64,000 nucleotides of DNA from positions 32,001 to 96,000 of IMG/VR virus record IMGVR_UViG_3300042893_000684, one strand, 5' to 3'. The notes under the pieces were generated by a model. That model searched no databases. It saw nothing but the letters and a program-made list of their open reading frames with translations, and had not been told where the DNA came from. Positions 39,233 to 49,524 of this stretch are shown here, in pieces (the first letter of the stretch is position 1; the number at the start of each line of letters is the position of its first letter). The translations under genes were made by a program, and so were the position numbers. This DNA comes from a virus.

Positions 39233-42200
39233 ATGAAATTTACACACTTACATGTGCATTCCTACTATTCTTTAATGGATGGGCTTAACTCTCCCCTCGA
39301 ACTTGTTCAAGCGGCAAAAGCGGCGGGACAAACAGCAATAGCAATTACAGATCACGGAACATTATCATCACACCGTGAAATGCAAATTGCGTGTAGAGAA
39401 GAAGGCATAAAGCCAATCCTTGGAGTAGAAGCATACATATCTCCAACAGACAGATTTGATAAGTCTTCAAAGACAGATAAGTCTATTCAAGCATACAACC
39501 ACATCATCCTATTAGCAAAGAATAAAAAGGGATTAGAAAATATTAATATTCTCCAAGAGCTTGCATGGAACGAAGGCTTTTATCATAAGCCACGTATTGA
39601 TAGGGAGATATTAAATGAATACTCGGAAGGCATTATTGTATTGTCTGGATGCCTTAATGGTCTTATCTCTAAGTGCATCGAGAAGAATGAGTTCTCTGAA
39701 GCTAAACTCCTTCTCAAAGACTTTAAGAAAATTTTCGGTGAAGATTTTTATATTGAGGTTCAGGCTCACAATCCGAAAGAAATAAATGAAGGCTTGCTAT
39801 CTCTAGCAGATGAACTTAAAATTAAAGCGGTGGCAACAGGAGATGCTCACTTTGCTAAAGAAGAAGACAGAGTATTAGAAGAGGCAATGCTTATATTATC
39901 AACATCCCCTAAGATGGATAAGGATGCTGACTTTGAAATGTCCAGACAGATTAAAGATATTAATGAAAGATTAAATTACCTATATCCAGACCGTAGAATA
40001 TCATTTCAAGACTACAATTTATTTATCCAATCACGATCTGAAATTGAGGCGGACTTTAATAAGGCTGGAATTACTCGTACAGATATATATGAGAATACAA
40101 TTGAGATATCTGACAAAATTGAAGAATACGATTTTAACAGGGGTCTAGACCTACTCCCTGTACCCAAGACCGATGCTGACCAGAAACTGGCTGAGATGGC
40201 CTTCCAGGGCCTAGAAAGGCTACGTTTAACAGACGGCTGGCTAGGAAATGATGTGTATGAGCAAAGATTAATGGAAGAATTAGAAGTAATTAGAAACAAG
40301 TCCTTTGCATCATATTTTTTAGTTGTGGCAGATATGATTAACTGGGCTAAAGAAAATAATATTATGGTTGGTCCTGGTCGTGGTTCCGCAGCTGGATCTT
40401 TAGTTTGTTATACATTAGGGATTACTGATGTGGACCCAATAGAGTATGATTTACTGTTCTTCCGTTTTATTAATCCAGAACGTAATGACTTTCCAGATAT
40501 TGATACAGACTTTGAAGACCGCCGTCGTAAAGAGGTTAAGGATTATTTAAAGAAGAAGTTTAAGCACGTTGCATCTATTTCTACATACACTTACTTTAAA
40601 GATAAGGGTGTAATTAGAGATGCTGCTCGTGTATTTATGGTTCCACTTTCAGATGTTAACCGTGCAATGAAGTCTATTGATACCTTTGAAGACTTTGTTG
40701 AGTCGCCAAATACTAAGGAGTTTAGAACCAAATACCCTGAAGTCTTGTGGCTTGCAGATAGACTTCGTGGAAGAATTAGATCTGTTGGAGTACACGCTGC
40801 AGGTGTTGTAGTTGCAAAAGATGATTTAAGAAAATATGCTCCTGTTGAATCAAGAGCGGACGCAAGTGATTTAGTATCAGGTAGAATTCCTGTCGTCGCA
40901 TACGATATGGATACGGTTGCAGATATAGGTCTTATTAAGCTAGATGCACTAGGTCTTAAGACTTTATCTGTGATCTCAGATACACTTGCTTCGATTAAAA
41001 AGCGCTCAGGCAAAGATATTAATCTTTCAGAGTTGACACTTGACGATCCCGATGTTTATAAAGTTCTAAGCGAAGGGTATACAAAGGGAGTATTTCAAGC
41101 AGAAGCAACCCCATATACTAATTTGCTAATCAAGATGGGCGTAGATAAGTTTGAAGATCTTGCTGCATCAAATGCATTAGTTCGTCCAGGAGCTATGAAT
41201 ACAGTAGGTGCTTCTTATATTAAGCGTAAACACGGTAATGAAGCAGTCCAGTTTATTCATCCAATTATGAAGCCTTTTACCGAGAATACATATGGTGTTA
41301 TTATATATCAGGAGCAGGTTATGCAGGCATGCGTACACCTGGGCGGTATGACTTGGTCAGAGGCTGATAAGGTCCGCAAGATTATTGGAAAGAAGAAAGA
41401 TGCAAAAGAGTTTGACCAATTCAAAGATAGGTTTATTGCTGGGGCTTCAAAACACATTTCTAAGAAGCAAGCCGAAACGCTCTGGCATACTTTTGAAGCG
41501 CATGCTGGTTATTCTTTTAACCGCTCCCATGCTGTTGCTTACTCTATGCTTAGTTATTATACTGCTTGGCTTAAGTTTTATTATCCACTTGAGTTCATGT
41601 TTTCGATTCTTAAAAACGAAAATGACAAGGACAAAAGAACAGAGTATCTGATTGAGGCTAAGAGATTAAAGTTAAGTATTAAGCTTCCACATATCAACGA
41701 GTCTGATGTATTCTTTTCTTTAAAGGAAGACTCGATTAGATTTGGTCTCGGAGAAGTAAAGTTTATTTCAGATAGTATTGCAAACAAAATTATTGACCAG
41801 AGACCGTTTGCTTCTTACTCAGAGTTTATTGACAAGGCTTCTAAAAAAGGTAGCGGAATAAATAGCCGTGCTATCTCTGCTTTAAATGCAATCGGTGGAG
41901 CGGCATTCCCAGACAATCCTAGAAGCGGAAATGAAAAGGATAGTTACTACGAGTATCTAGGTATACCTACATTTAACCTAGAGGGAATTCCACCACGCAT
42001 TAAATCACAGGCAAGACCTATTGAAGAGTTTGAAGACCTCGGATCATTTGTTATGTTTGGTATGGTTAAATCAATTAAGCGTGGTAATGGTTGGGCACGT
42101 ATAGAATTAGTAGATGAAACTGGATCTATTGGTCTATTCCATACGGAGCAGACTCAAATAGAGACAGGACAGATGTATTTTATCCTTGTAGGTGATAATA

Positions 42201-42514
42201 GAATTGCTCGTTATGTAAAGGTTAGCGATATGGATCCCTCTGGTTCTAATTCATTTGTAGACTACTTATATAAAAAGCAATATGATCTTGACGAAGACGA
42301 GTATGTTGTAGTAGACTTTACTCCGTATGTAACAAAAGCTGGAAAAACAATGAGCCATATAGTTCTTTCAAACGCACAAAAAGAATTAACTAGAGCAATT
42401 GCTTTCCCCACAATGTATAAAATGTCCCTTGCTAAAATGCGAGAAGGAATGAAATGTAAGGTTGTTCTATCTACTTTAGATGATGGAACTTTAATGGTAA
42501 AGGAAATAAAATGA
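39233..42514 (+). CDS. dnaE: DNA polymerase III alpha subunit (intein-free)
   Basis: PHP domain HLHVHSYYSLMDG/TDHG, GRGSAAGS, PDIDTDF, KLDALGL, YSFNRSHA. Confidence 0.97.
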   Translation: MKFTHLHVHSYYSLMDGLNSPLELVQAAKAAGQTAIAITDHGTLSSHREMQIACREEGIKPILGVEAYISPTDRFDKSSKTDKSIQAYNHIILLAKNKKGLENINILQELAWNEGFYHKPRIDREILNEYSEGIIVLSGCLNGLISKCIEKNEFSEAKLLLKDFKKIFGEDFYIEVQAHNPKEINEGLLSLADELKIKAVATGDAHFAKEEDRVLEEAMLILSTSPKMDKDADFEMSRQIKDINERLNYLYPDRRISFQDYNLFIQSRSEIEADFNKAGITRTDIYENTIEISDKIEEYDFNRGLDLLPVPKTDADQKLAEMAFQGLERLRLTDGWLGNDVYEQRLMEELEVIRNKSFASYFLVVADMINWAKENNIMVGPGRGSAAGSLVCYTLGITDVDPIEYDLLFFRFINPERNDFPDIDTDFEDRRRKEVKDYLKKKFKHVASISTYTYFKDKGVIRDAARVFMVPLSDVNRAMKSIDTFEDFVESPNTKEFRTKYPEVLWLADRLRGRIRSVGVHAAGVVVAKDDLRKYAPVESRADASDLVSGRIPVVAYDMDTVADIGLIKLDALGLKTLSVISDTLASIKKRSGKDINLSELTLDDPDVYKVLSEGYTKGVFQAEATPYTNLLIKMGVDKFEDLAASNALVRPGAMNTVGASYIKRKHGNEAVQFIHPIMKPFTENTYGVIIYQEQVMQACVHLGGMTWSEADKVRKIIGKKKDAKEFDQFKDRFIAGASKHISKKQAETLWHTFEAHAGYSFNRSHAVAYSMLSYYTAWLKFYYPLEFMFSILKNENDKDKRTEYLIEAKRLKLSIKLPHINESDVFFSLKEDSIRFGLGEVKFISDSIANKIIDQRPFASYSEFIDKASKKGSGINSRAISALNAIGGAAFPDNPRSGNEKDSYYEYLGIPTFNLEGIPPRIKSQARPIEEFEDLGSFVMFGMVKSIKRGNGWARIELVDETGSIGLFHTEQTQIETGQMYFILVGDNRIARYVKVSDMDPSGSNSFVDYLYKKQYDLDEDEYVVVDFTPYVTKAGKTMSHIVLSNAQKELTRAIAFPTMYKMSLAKMREGMKCKVVLSTLDDGTLMVKEIK

Positions 42515-42795
42515 CAGAAGAAGTGCAGCACGACATTAATCAAATACAGGCTTCACTAACTGCAAGCAAGGTTCTTGTTGCAATTCTTGAGACCCTCGGT
42601 GAAGTTAGAGTAGAAACAAAAACATTGGTAGGAGCGGAAAATAAAGACAAAGAGCTCATTGTAGATTACGATGAGAATGGACCATCTTTTATTTTTAGAC
42701 TTCCACGCCCAGGTGATTTTGAATTTAATGCAGATCTAATTGAAGAAGCAAATATAACTCAAGAAAACAAGGATCTAATTAATGACTTCGAATAA
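42511..42795 (+). CDS. Hypothetical protein
   Basis: Acidic 94-aa ORF coupled to dnaE. Confidence 0.6.
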   Translation: MTEEVQHDINQIQASLTASKVLVAILETLGEVRVETKTLVGAENKDKELIVDYDENGPSFIFRLPRPGDFEFNADLIEEANITQENKDLINDFE

Positions 42796-43129
42796 TTTAG
42801 TTACGGAATACGGACTAGACGCCCTAGCAGCCATATTACACGAAACTGCAATTGAAAAAGGATTTTGGGATGGAACAATTAGTTACGACAAAGTTGGGAA
42901 TAAGTTGGCTTTAGTTCATTCAGAAGTTACAGAGGTGCTTGAGGCAATTAGAAAGAATAAAGGTTCAGAAGAAGTTGTTGAAGAGATGGCAGATGTAATT
43001 ATCAGATTACTTGATATCTATGCAGCAATGAGAAATTCAGGAGATTTAATACATAGCCTAGATGAAGTTCTAGAAAAGAAAATTAATATAAACAAGGAGC
43101 GTCCAGCACTTCACGGCAATTTATTTTAA
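42782..43129 (+). CDS. MazG-like nucleotide pyrophosphohydrolase
   Basis: LALVHSEVTEVLEA...EEMADVIIRLLD. Confidence 0.85.
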   Translation: MTSNNLVTEYGLDALAAILHETAIEKGFWDGTISYDKVGNKLALVHSEVTEVLEAIRKNKGSEEVVEEMADVIIRLLDIYAAMRNSGDLIHSLDEVLEKKININKERPALHGNLF

Positions 43130-43158
43130 TGCTATACTATAAAAAAGAGAGAGTATAA

Positions 43159-44163
43159 ATGAGCGTAGATATTGATAACATATTAGCAAAGCTAGACCCT
43201 AAAACAAGAGCAAGAGTTCAATCTGCACAGGATGTACAAGTTGAAAAACAACTTACTCCAAGTATTGGACTAAACTTTGCATTACGTGGGGGGTTAGGAT
43301 ACGGTAGACAAGTGCTTGTATGGGGCAACAAGTCCGCTGGTAAATCTTCTTTCTGCCTACAGATGATTGCTCTTGCACAAAAAGAAGGTAAGACTTGTGC
43401 TTGGATTGATGCAGAAGCATCTTACGATCAGTCATGGGCCGAGCAACTAGGAGTAGATTCGTCTTCCCTTATTTACTCTCCTGCAAAAACCGTTAATGAT
43501 ATGGTTGATGTAGCTACCAAGTTAATGGATGCAGGTGTTGATCTTATTGTTGTAGACTCTATCTCTGCATTACTTCCTGCTATTTATTTTGAAAAAGACG
43601 GAAATGAAATGAAGGATTTGCAAGATACAAAGCAAATCGGCGCTGAAGCAAAGGATATGACCCACGCAGTCAAGATGTTAAATTATGCAAACAAAAACAC
43701 ACTACTTGTTCTCATCTCACAACAACGAAATCAGTTTGGATCTATGCATGCTAGTCACATCCCCACGGGCGGCATGGCTGTCAAGTTCTTCTCTTCCACA
43801 GTTATCAAACTCTGGTCTTCTGAAGCTGAGGCTAATGCTATCAAAGCTGGCATTAAAGTTGGCGACAAAATTATTGAACAAAGAGTTGGCAGGCCAGTTA
43901 ACTGGATTGTTGATTACAACAAGCTCGGCCCCCCAAATTTATCGGGACAATACGACTTCTACTACCAAGGGAGTGTTCTTGGTGTAGACAGTGTTGGAGA
44001 AACTTTAGACGTTGCAGAAATGTGCGGCATAGTAGAAAAGGGTGGAGCATGGTATACAGTAAATGGAGAACGTTTTCAAGGACGTGCAAAGGCTGTAGCG
44101 TATTTAAAGGAAAATCCAGATGTTGTAGACAAATTAATAGGCGAGATAAATGCCAAACATTAA
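43159..44163 (+). CDS. recA: RecA/UvsX-like recombinase
   Basis: GNKSAGKS, WIDAE, IVVDSI, TGGMAVKFFSS, GGAWY. Confidence 0.93.
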   Translation: MSVDIDNILAKLDPKTRARVQSAQDVQVEKQLTPSIGLNFALRGGLGYGRQVLVWGNKSAGKSSFCLQMIALAQKEGKTCAWIDAEASYDQSWAEQLGVDSSSLIYSPAKTVNDMVDVATKLMDAGVDLIVVDSISALLPAIYFEKDGNEMKDLQDTKQIGAEAKDMTHAVKMLNYANKNTLLVLISQQRNQFGSMHASHIPTGGMAVKFFSSTVIKLWSSEAEANAIKAGIKVGDKIIEQRVGRPVNWIVDYNKLGPPNLSGQYDFYYQGSVLGVDSVGETLDVAEMCGIVEKGGAWYTVNGERFQGRAKAVAYLKENPDVVDKLIGEINAKH

Positions 44164-44338
44164 TGAGTTTCTTAATCAACCAGAGCGTATCTTTTCTCCA
44201 GAGCTTGAGAAAATAGGCGGATCAAAGCCATGTAGTAAGTGTGAAAAGGATTCAACAGAATATTTTTGGGATGCAGTTACTACAACGATATCTTGGGAAT
44301 GTCCAGACGGACATAAGAATTCTTATTCGGTGGGATAA
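44150..44338 (+). CDS. Zinc-ribbon microprotein
   Basis: CSKC...CPDGH. Confidence 0.65.
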   Translation: MPNINEFLNQPERIFSPELEKIGGSKPCSKCEKDSTEYFWDAVTTTISWECPDGHKNSYSVG

Positions 44339-44640
44339 TGTCAGAGAGAGCAGAAGTAAAGCGTGACGGGGCTAAGGCTCAGAAGAACAGCGGAAGAGGG
44401 GATTACCAGAAAGGTGATGCTCAATGGAAGCAATTCCTTGTAGATTATAAAGAGGCTGGAACATCCTTTACTTTAAACAAAGATAACTGGGCAAAGATTT
44501 GTACAGACACCTTTAAGGTAAATAGAGATATGCATCCAGCATTAAAGATTATTATTGGGGCAGAGTCTAAGGTTAGACTAGGCATTATTGAGTGGTCAGT
44601 TCTTGAAGAGCTGATCCAGTTTTATGAGGAGAACCACTAG
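44338..44640 (+). CDS. PD-(D/E)XK Holliday-junction-resolvase-like endonuclease
   Basis: NSGRG...KGDA...LVDYKE. Confidence 0.7.
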   Translation: MSERAEVKRDGAKAQKNSGRGDYQKGDAQWKQFLVDYKEAGTSFTLNKDNWAKICTDTFKVNRDMHPALKIIIGAESKVRLGIIEWSVLEELIQFYEENH

Positions 44641-44747
44641 TGGAACTATTTTTAATTTGCGGTATTGCAATAGGATTTTTGATCGGCTACCCACTGGGTT
44701 TATTTATAGACAAACTAGATAAGGATATTAAAAATGACGCAAGATAA
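44640..44747 (+). CDS. 35-aa single-pass membrane microprotein (not in ORF track)
   Basis: GTG start with GAGGAG upstream; LFLICGIAIGFLIGYPLGLFI. Confidence 0.5.
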   Translation: MELFLICGIAIGFLIGYPLGLFIDKLDKDIKNDAR

Positions 44748-45072
44748 AAATACTCTTGAGCTAATCAGCGACATAACAGAGTTCAATGATCTTCATGAGT
44801 TTATGAAGGATGAGCACTTAGATAAAACTTTGGCTATTGTTGTAAAGCTTCTTATGAACCCCGATGTGCCTTCGGCAAAGGCTCCTATGCTTATTATGGA
44901 ACTACAGGCTATGTCAACTAAGTTTGCAGTAATGTCTTCTATCTATTCAACTATTGCTAAGGATAAAGCGGGCACAGTAAATAACAATAAAAAGAACGTG
45001 TATTATTCAGTAAAAGAGTCCATAGACAAACTTGTAGATGCACTTAAGTATGTCGTTAGGTATAACTCATAA
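44734..45072 (+). CDS. Hypothetical helical protein (possible recombination mediator)
   Basis: 112 aa within the recombination cluster. Confidence 0.55.
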   Translation: MTQDKNTLELISDITEFNDLHEFMKDEHLDKTLAIVVKLLMNPDVPSAKAPMLIMELQAMSTKFAVMSSIYSTIAKDKAGTVNNNKKNVYYSVKESIDKLVDALKYVVRYNS

Positions 45073-45864
45073 ATGGCTAGAGAAATTGTAAGAAACCTTA
45101 AATTTAAAAAGCACACAGGAAAGTTTTTTGATCCTGAGTTGTTTGCTCAGTTACTTGATGAGTCATATCGTAATACTAAACGAGCAGACGGAGAGATGAC
45201 CAAGAAGTCGTTTAGTCCAAGTTCGTTAGGTTATGGTCATGGTAAGTGTCCTAGATACTGGTACATGGCATTTTCTGGCGCAGTCTTTATTGATGATAAC
45301 GATGCAGTTGCTGTTGCTAATATGGCACAGGGAACTCAGGCGCATGAGCGACTACAGAAGCTTATTTCTACTATGCCAGAGTGGAGAGCGGAAGAAGAAG
45401 AAATTATTAATGAGTATCCACCAATCAGAGGCTTTATAGATCTTATTATGGAGTACGATGGCGAAACAGTAATTGGTGAAATTAAAACGGCAAAGCAAGA
45501 GGTGTGGGACGCCAGACAATCAGAGATGAAGCCTACAGACAACCACATGCTACAACTTCTTACCTACATGAAACTGAAGAATGCTAAAGAAGGATTCTTT
45601 CTGTATGAGAATAAGAATACTCAAGAAGTCCTAGTTATTCCAATTTCTATGAACGAAAAGAATACAAGGATTATCGAGGAGACCTTTGCCTGGATGTGCG
45701 AAGTCTGGGATAATTTTAAAGATGGGGATCTTCCAAAAAGACCTGAAGGTGCTACTAAATCAAAGATGCCTTGTACTTACTGCCCAGTTAAGAAGGAGTG
45801 CTACGCAAAGGGTGGACCTGTAGGCACTGTTGAAATTGATTTGTTTTCGGTATCTAATATATGA
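45073..45864 (+). CDS. Cas4-like/RecB-family exonuclease
   Basis: SPSS, CPRYWY, GT..H, GFIDL, EIKT, QLLTY, CTYCPVKKEC (four Cys for an Fe-S cluster). Confidence 0.88.
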   Translation: MAREIVRNLKFKKHTGKFFDPELFAQLLDESYRNTKRADGEMTKKSFSPSSLGYGHGKCPRYWYMAFSGAVFIDDNDAVAVANMAQGTQAHERLQKLISTMPEWRAEEEEIINEYPPIRGFIDLIMEYDGETVIGEIKTAKQEVWDARQSEMKPTDNHMLQLLTYMKLKNAKEGFFLYENKNTQEVLVIPISMNEKNTRIIEETFAWMCEVWDNFKDGDLPKRPEGATKSKMPCTYCPVKKECYAKGGPVGTVEIDLFSVSNI

Positions 45865-46139
45865 TTTGCGCTAACTCTGAATGTAAAAAAGATTTTGTGC
45901 CTAAGACGCACAATCAAAAATACTGTACAGATGAGTGTTGCCGTGTTGCAACCAACAGAAGAATTATGGAAAAGTATTACGAAAAGAAAGCCATTAGGGG
46001 CGGTGCTGCAAGGCCTTGCTCAAAATGTAAAGCTCAGTTAAGCAGGTATAACAATTCAATGCTATGCTCAACTTGTGAGAAAAGCATTAATATAGATATT
46101 AAAAATAAATTATTTAGGATGATTGATGACGCTAGCTAG
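45861..46139 (+). CDS. Cys-rich zinc-finger protein
   Basis: CANSEC, YCTDECC, CSKC, CSTC. Confidence 0.7.
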   Translation: MICANSECKKDFVPKTHNQKYCTDECCRVATNRRIMEKYYEKKAIRGGAARPCSKCKAQLSRYNNSMLCSTCEKSINIDIKNKLFRMIDDAS

Positions 46140-46692
46140 TTTAAAAAAGACACAAGCAGATAGAGTTCTTGGCATAGATGCTTCAACAAACTCTATTGCT
46201 TTTTGCTTGATGGAAAATGATGTCCCATTAAAGTGGGGCAAGATTGAACTGCGTGGCCTTGATATATATGAAAAGATACACGATGCAAAGAATAAAATGC
46301 ATTCAATGCTTGAAGAGTTAAGATCAGACTATATTGTCGTTGAAGGTGCTGTGTTTGTAAAATCAGCAGATGCTGTAATTAAACTATCATATGTTTATGG
46401 AGTAGTTATAGCAGAATTGATGTCTACTGGAGCAAAGGTTATTACAATAGCCCCATCCTCTTGGCAGGCATACATCGGCAATAGGAACCCAACGAAAGAA
46501 GAGAAGCAGGCAATAAGAGCACTTAACCCAGGCTATGCCGACTCCTGGTATCAAAACAAATTAAGGAACATGAGAAAGCAGAGAACTGCTGACTACTTTA
46601 ACAGGAAGTATAATTTAAATGTGGTGGATTTTGACGTTGCAGATAGCTTTGGTATTGCACATTATGCTAACAAAGTACTAACAGAGCGATGA
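46123..46692 (+). CDS. ruvC: RuvC-like Holliday junction resolvase
   Basis: VLGIDAST, IVVEG, DVADSFGIA. Confidence 0.85.
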   Translation: MMTLASLKKTQADRVLGIDASTNSIAFCLMENDVPLKWGKIELRGLDIYEKIHDAKNKMHSMLEELRSDYIVVEGAVFVKSADAVIKLSYVYGVVIAELMSTGAKVITIAPSSWQAYIGNRNPTKEEKQAIRALNPGYADSWYQNKLRNMRKQRTADYFNRKYNLNVVDFDVADSFGIAHYANKVLTER

Positions 46693-46835
46693 AGTTATAT
46701 CAAAGTAAAGATTGGCTACATAGAAGATATGTGGTTCAAAAGAAAACGGTAACTGAAATTGCCGATGAATGTAAAGTCTCTGCTATGACCATACAGAGAT
46801 ATCTAGAACAGTTTCAATTAATTAGGAGAAGATGA
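46689..46835 (+). CDS. 48-aa HTH microprotein (not in ORF track)
   Basis: KTVTEIADECKVSAMTIQRYL; ATGA overlaps at both ends. Confidence 0.7.
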   Translation: MKLYQSKDWLHRRYVVQKKTVTEIADECKVSAMTIQRYLEQFQLIRRR

Positions 46836-47164
46836 TGCTAAAGGCGGTATTTGAGGATGTCAACAATTTTAATTGCAGTGATTTATATTTAAGATCAGTA
46901 GGTGCACCAGCAGGTAATAAGATCTGGGGAGCATGCCATGAAATTGCACATATGTTAATTGAAAAGAATATCTCGTACGGCAACTCTGCCCTTGAGCCAG
47001 CAAGAATATTTTCAACGGCGGACTCAACAGAGCAATTAAAAGTTCGTATTGATGATAAATTAAATAGGGTAAAGAATAACCAAGGATATGCTGGAGACAA
47101 TGATATTGATGATTTAATTGGATATTTAGTCCTATATAAGATTGCCAGGGCTAATTCTGATTGA
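46832..47164 (+). CDS. Nucleotide-modification-associated (Nmad1/DUF1599-like) protein
   Basis: EKNISYGNS...VRIDDKLNR...DLIGYLVL. Confidence 0.65.
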   Translation: MMLKAVFEDVNNFNCSDLYLRSVGAPAGNKIWGACHEIAHMLIEKNISYGNSALEPARIFSTADSTEQLKVRIDDKLNRVKNNQGYAGDNDIDDLIGYLVLYKIARANSD

Positions 47165-47189
47165 CATTTTAGTCGACTGAAAGTATACT
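47161..47189 (+). promoter_or_regulatory. Promoter TTGACA-17-TATACT, leaderless to the terminase small subunit
   Basis: Near-consensus; ATG 6 nt after the -10. Confidence 0.75.
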
Positions 47190-47195
47190 GTATTA

Positions 47196-47732
47196 ATGAG
47201 CGAAATAGAATTGTCAGAACGTTTTGACAGAATGAATAGGGTAGTTGAAGAACTTCTAAAAGGAAGCACACCCACACAGATTTCCACAATTACAGGAATA
47301 CAGCGCAAGGAAGTCCTTGAGCTAATCGATGACTGGAAAGACGTTGTACATAATGATAGCAACATCAGAGATCGTGCCCGAGAAGCCATCTCAGGGGCGG
47401 ATCAACACTATGCCATGCTTATTAAAGAAGCGTGGAAGACTGTAGAAGATGCAGATCAATCTGGACAGTTAGCAGTCAAATCTGGTTCACTAAAGCTTAT
47501 TGCAGACATAGAGACTAAAAGAATTGCAATGCTTCAATCAATTGGCGTCCTTGAAAATAATGAAATTGCATCTCAAATTGCAGAAACAGAACGCAAGCAA
47601 GACATTCTTGTTAAGATTTTAAAAGAAACTACATCAACATGCCCTAAGTGTAAGATGGAAGTTGCAAAGAGATTATCCCAAATAACTGGAGTAATCGAGT
47701 CAGTCCCAGTAGAGGAAGCCGATGTCGTTTGA
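47196..47732 (+). CDS. Terminase small subunit (putative)
   Basis: N-terminal HTH plus coiled coil; overlaps the large subunit start. Confidence 0.65.
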   Translation: MSEIELSERFDRMNRVVEELLKGSTPTQISTITGIQRKEVLELIDDWKDVVHNDSNIRDRAREAISGADQHYAMLIKEAWKTVEDADQSGQLAVKSGSLKLIADIETKRIAMLQSIGVLENNEIASQIAETERKQDILVKILKETTSTCPKCKMEVAKRLSQITGVIESVPVEEADVV

Positions 47733-49524
47733 GTTTACCGACCTTATCGACATGCTTGATGGAGAGGAGTTCGATGAAAAACCAGTCGATCTTAAAACGT
47801 TTGTTAGAAGTCCAGAATACCTTGGGCTTCCAGAACTTTCCGACTATCAGTACACGCTTATCGAAAAAAGCTCGCAAATTTATAAAGATTCAACCCTTAT
47901 CAAATTATTTGGAGAAGAAGAAGGAAGAATAAGATTTAAACAAACTGCAAATGAAGTAGTTGCTCAGCTTGGCAAAGGTTCAGGAAAAGATTACTGCTCA
48001 ACAATTGCAGTTGCCTATATAGTATATTTATTATTGTGCTTAAAAGACCCAGCCACATATTACGGAAAGCCTCCAGGAGATAGCATTGATATCATTAATA
48101 TTGCTATTAACTCTCAGCAGGCAAGCAACGTATTCTTTAAAGGATTTAAAACAAGAATTGAAAAGTCCCCTTGGTTTGCAGGAAGATACACAGACAAAGC
48201 AGCAGAAGTTAAGTTTGATAAAGCAATAACAGTACACTCAGGCCACTCAGAGCGTGAAGCCTGGGAAGGATATAACGTTATCGTTGTTATTCTAGATGAG
48301 ATTTCTGGCTTTGCAATTGAAAATACAACAGGGCACGACCAAGCAAAAACAGGTGCGGCTATATATGACATGTATCGTGCATCAGTAGACTCTCGTTTTC
48401 CAGACTTCGGCAAAGTTATTTTGCTTTCATTCCCCAGATACAAAAACGATTATATTCAGCAAAGATACAATGCCGTCGTAGCTGACGTTGAAACAGTTGT
48501 TCGTGATCATCGGTTTAAGATGGATGAAGATCTACCAGATGGAACAGTAGGAAATGAGTTTGAGATTCAATGGGAGGAAGACCATATCCTTTCATATAAA
48601 ATTCCTAGAGTATACGCTTTAAAGAGACCAACTTGGGAAGTTAATCCAGTAAGAAAGATTGATGACTTTAAGGTTGCATTTTTTACAAACCCTATGGACG
48701 CTTTATCACGTTTTGCATGTATGCCACCTGATGCAGTTGATGCATTCTTTAAGTCAAGAGAAAAGGTTGAGAAGGCTTTTAATAAAGCCCACCTAGCAGT
48801 AGATAACTTTGGTAGATTAGAAGAATGGTTTATACCAGATCCAGATAAAGAATACTTTATACACGTTGACCTTGCTCAAAAACATGACCACTGTGCAGTT
48901 GCAATGGCTCACGTTAACAAATGGGTTAACATAAAAGTAACAGATACCTATTCACAGCCTGCACCAATTATTGAAATAGATGCAGTAAGATTTTGGACAC
49001 CAACAAAAGATAAGTCTGTAGACTTTACAGAAGTTAAAGACTATATTCTTTCATTAAAAACAAGAGGATTTAAAATTCGTGTATGTACCTTTGACAGATG
49101 GAATTCACATGATATGATGCAACAACTAAAACAATACGGCATCAATACAGAAATTCTGTCTGTCGCTAAAAAACATTACGATGATATGGCAATGGTTGTT
49201 GCCGAAGAAAGAGTAGTCGGACCACACATACCATTGCTTATAGACGAGCTATGCCAGCTTAGAATTATGAGAGACAAGGTTGACCACCCAAGAAAAGGCT
49301 CTAAGGATTTAGCGGACGCAGTGTGCGGATCAATTTATAATTCAATAAGCAGGAGCAAATTTGATTCTAATCAAGAAGTTAATATACACACCTATGAGTC
49401 AATGAGTTACGACAATGATTTTGGAACAGAGGCAGACGGAGAAACAAATTCTTATAATATGATTAGGGCTCCAAGAATGCCAGAAAATTTAAAAGACGCA
49501 ATGGACAGGATGCAAATAATATGA
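47722..49524 (+). CDS. terL: Terminase large subunit
   Basis: Walker A GKGSGKD, Walker B VILDE, nuclease motifs HVDLA and KDLADA. Confidence 0.92.
   Translation: MSFEFTDLIDMLDGEEFDEKPVDLKTFVRSPEYLGLPELSDYQYTLIEKSSQIYKDSTLIKLFGEEEGRIRFKQTANEVVAQLGKGSGKDYCSTIAVAYIVYLLLCLKDPATYYGKPPGDSIDIINIAINSQQASNVFFKGFKTRIEKSPWFAGRYTDKAAEVKFDKAITVHSGHSEREAWEGYNVIVVILDEISGFAIENTTGHDQAKTGAAIYDMYRASVDSRFPDFGKVILLSFPRYKNDYIQQRYNAVVADVETVVRDHRFKMDEDLPDGTVGNEFEIQWEEDHILSYKIPRVYALKRPTWEVNPVRKIDDFKVAFFTNPMDALSRFACMPPDAVDAFFKSREKVEKAFNKAHLAVDNFGRLEEWFIPDPDKEYFIHVDLAQKHDHCAVAMAHVNKWVNIKVTDTYSQPAPIIEIDAVRFWTPTKDKSVDFTEVKDYILSLKTRGFKIRVCTFDRWNSHDMMQQLKQYGINTEILSVAKKHYDDMAMVVAEERVVGPHIPLLIDELCQLRIMRDKVDHPRKGSKDLADAVCGSIYNSISRSKFDSNQEVNIHTYESMSYDNDFGTEADGETNSYNMIRAPRMPENLKDAMDRMQII

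Noticed and set aside
45073-45864. Cas4 as evidence of a CRISPR-Cas system
   Set aside because: No cas1/cas2, effector genes or array; stand-alone Cas4-like nucleases are common in phage recombination modules.
36033-49524. Inteins or introns in DnaB, DnaE, RecA or TerL
   Set aside because: Lengths are normal, motifs are contiguous, and no C/S...HN splice or LAGLIDADG signatures were seen.
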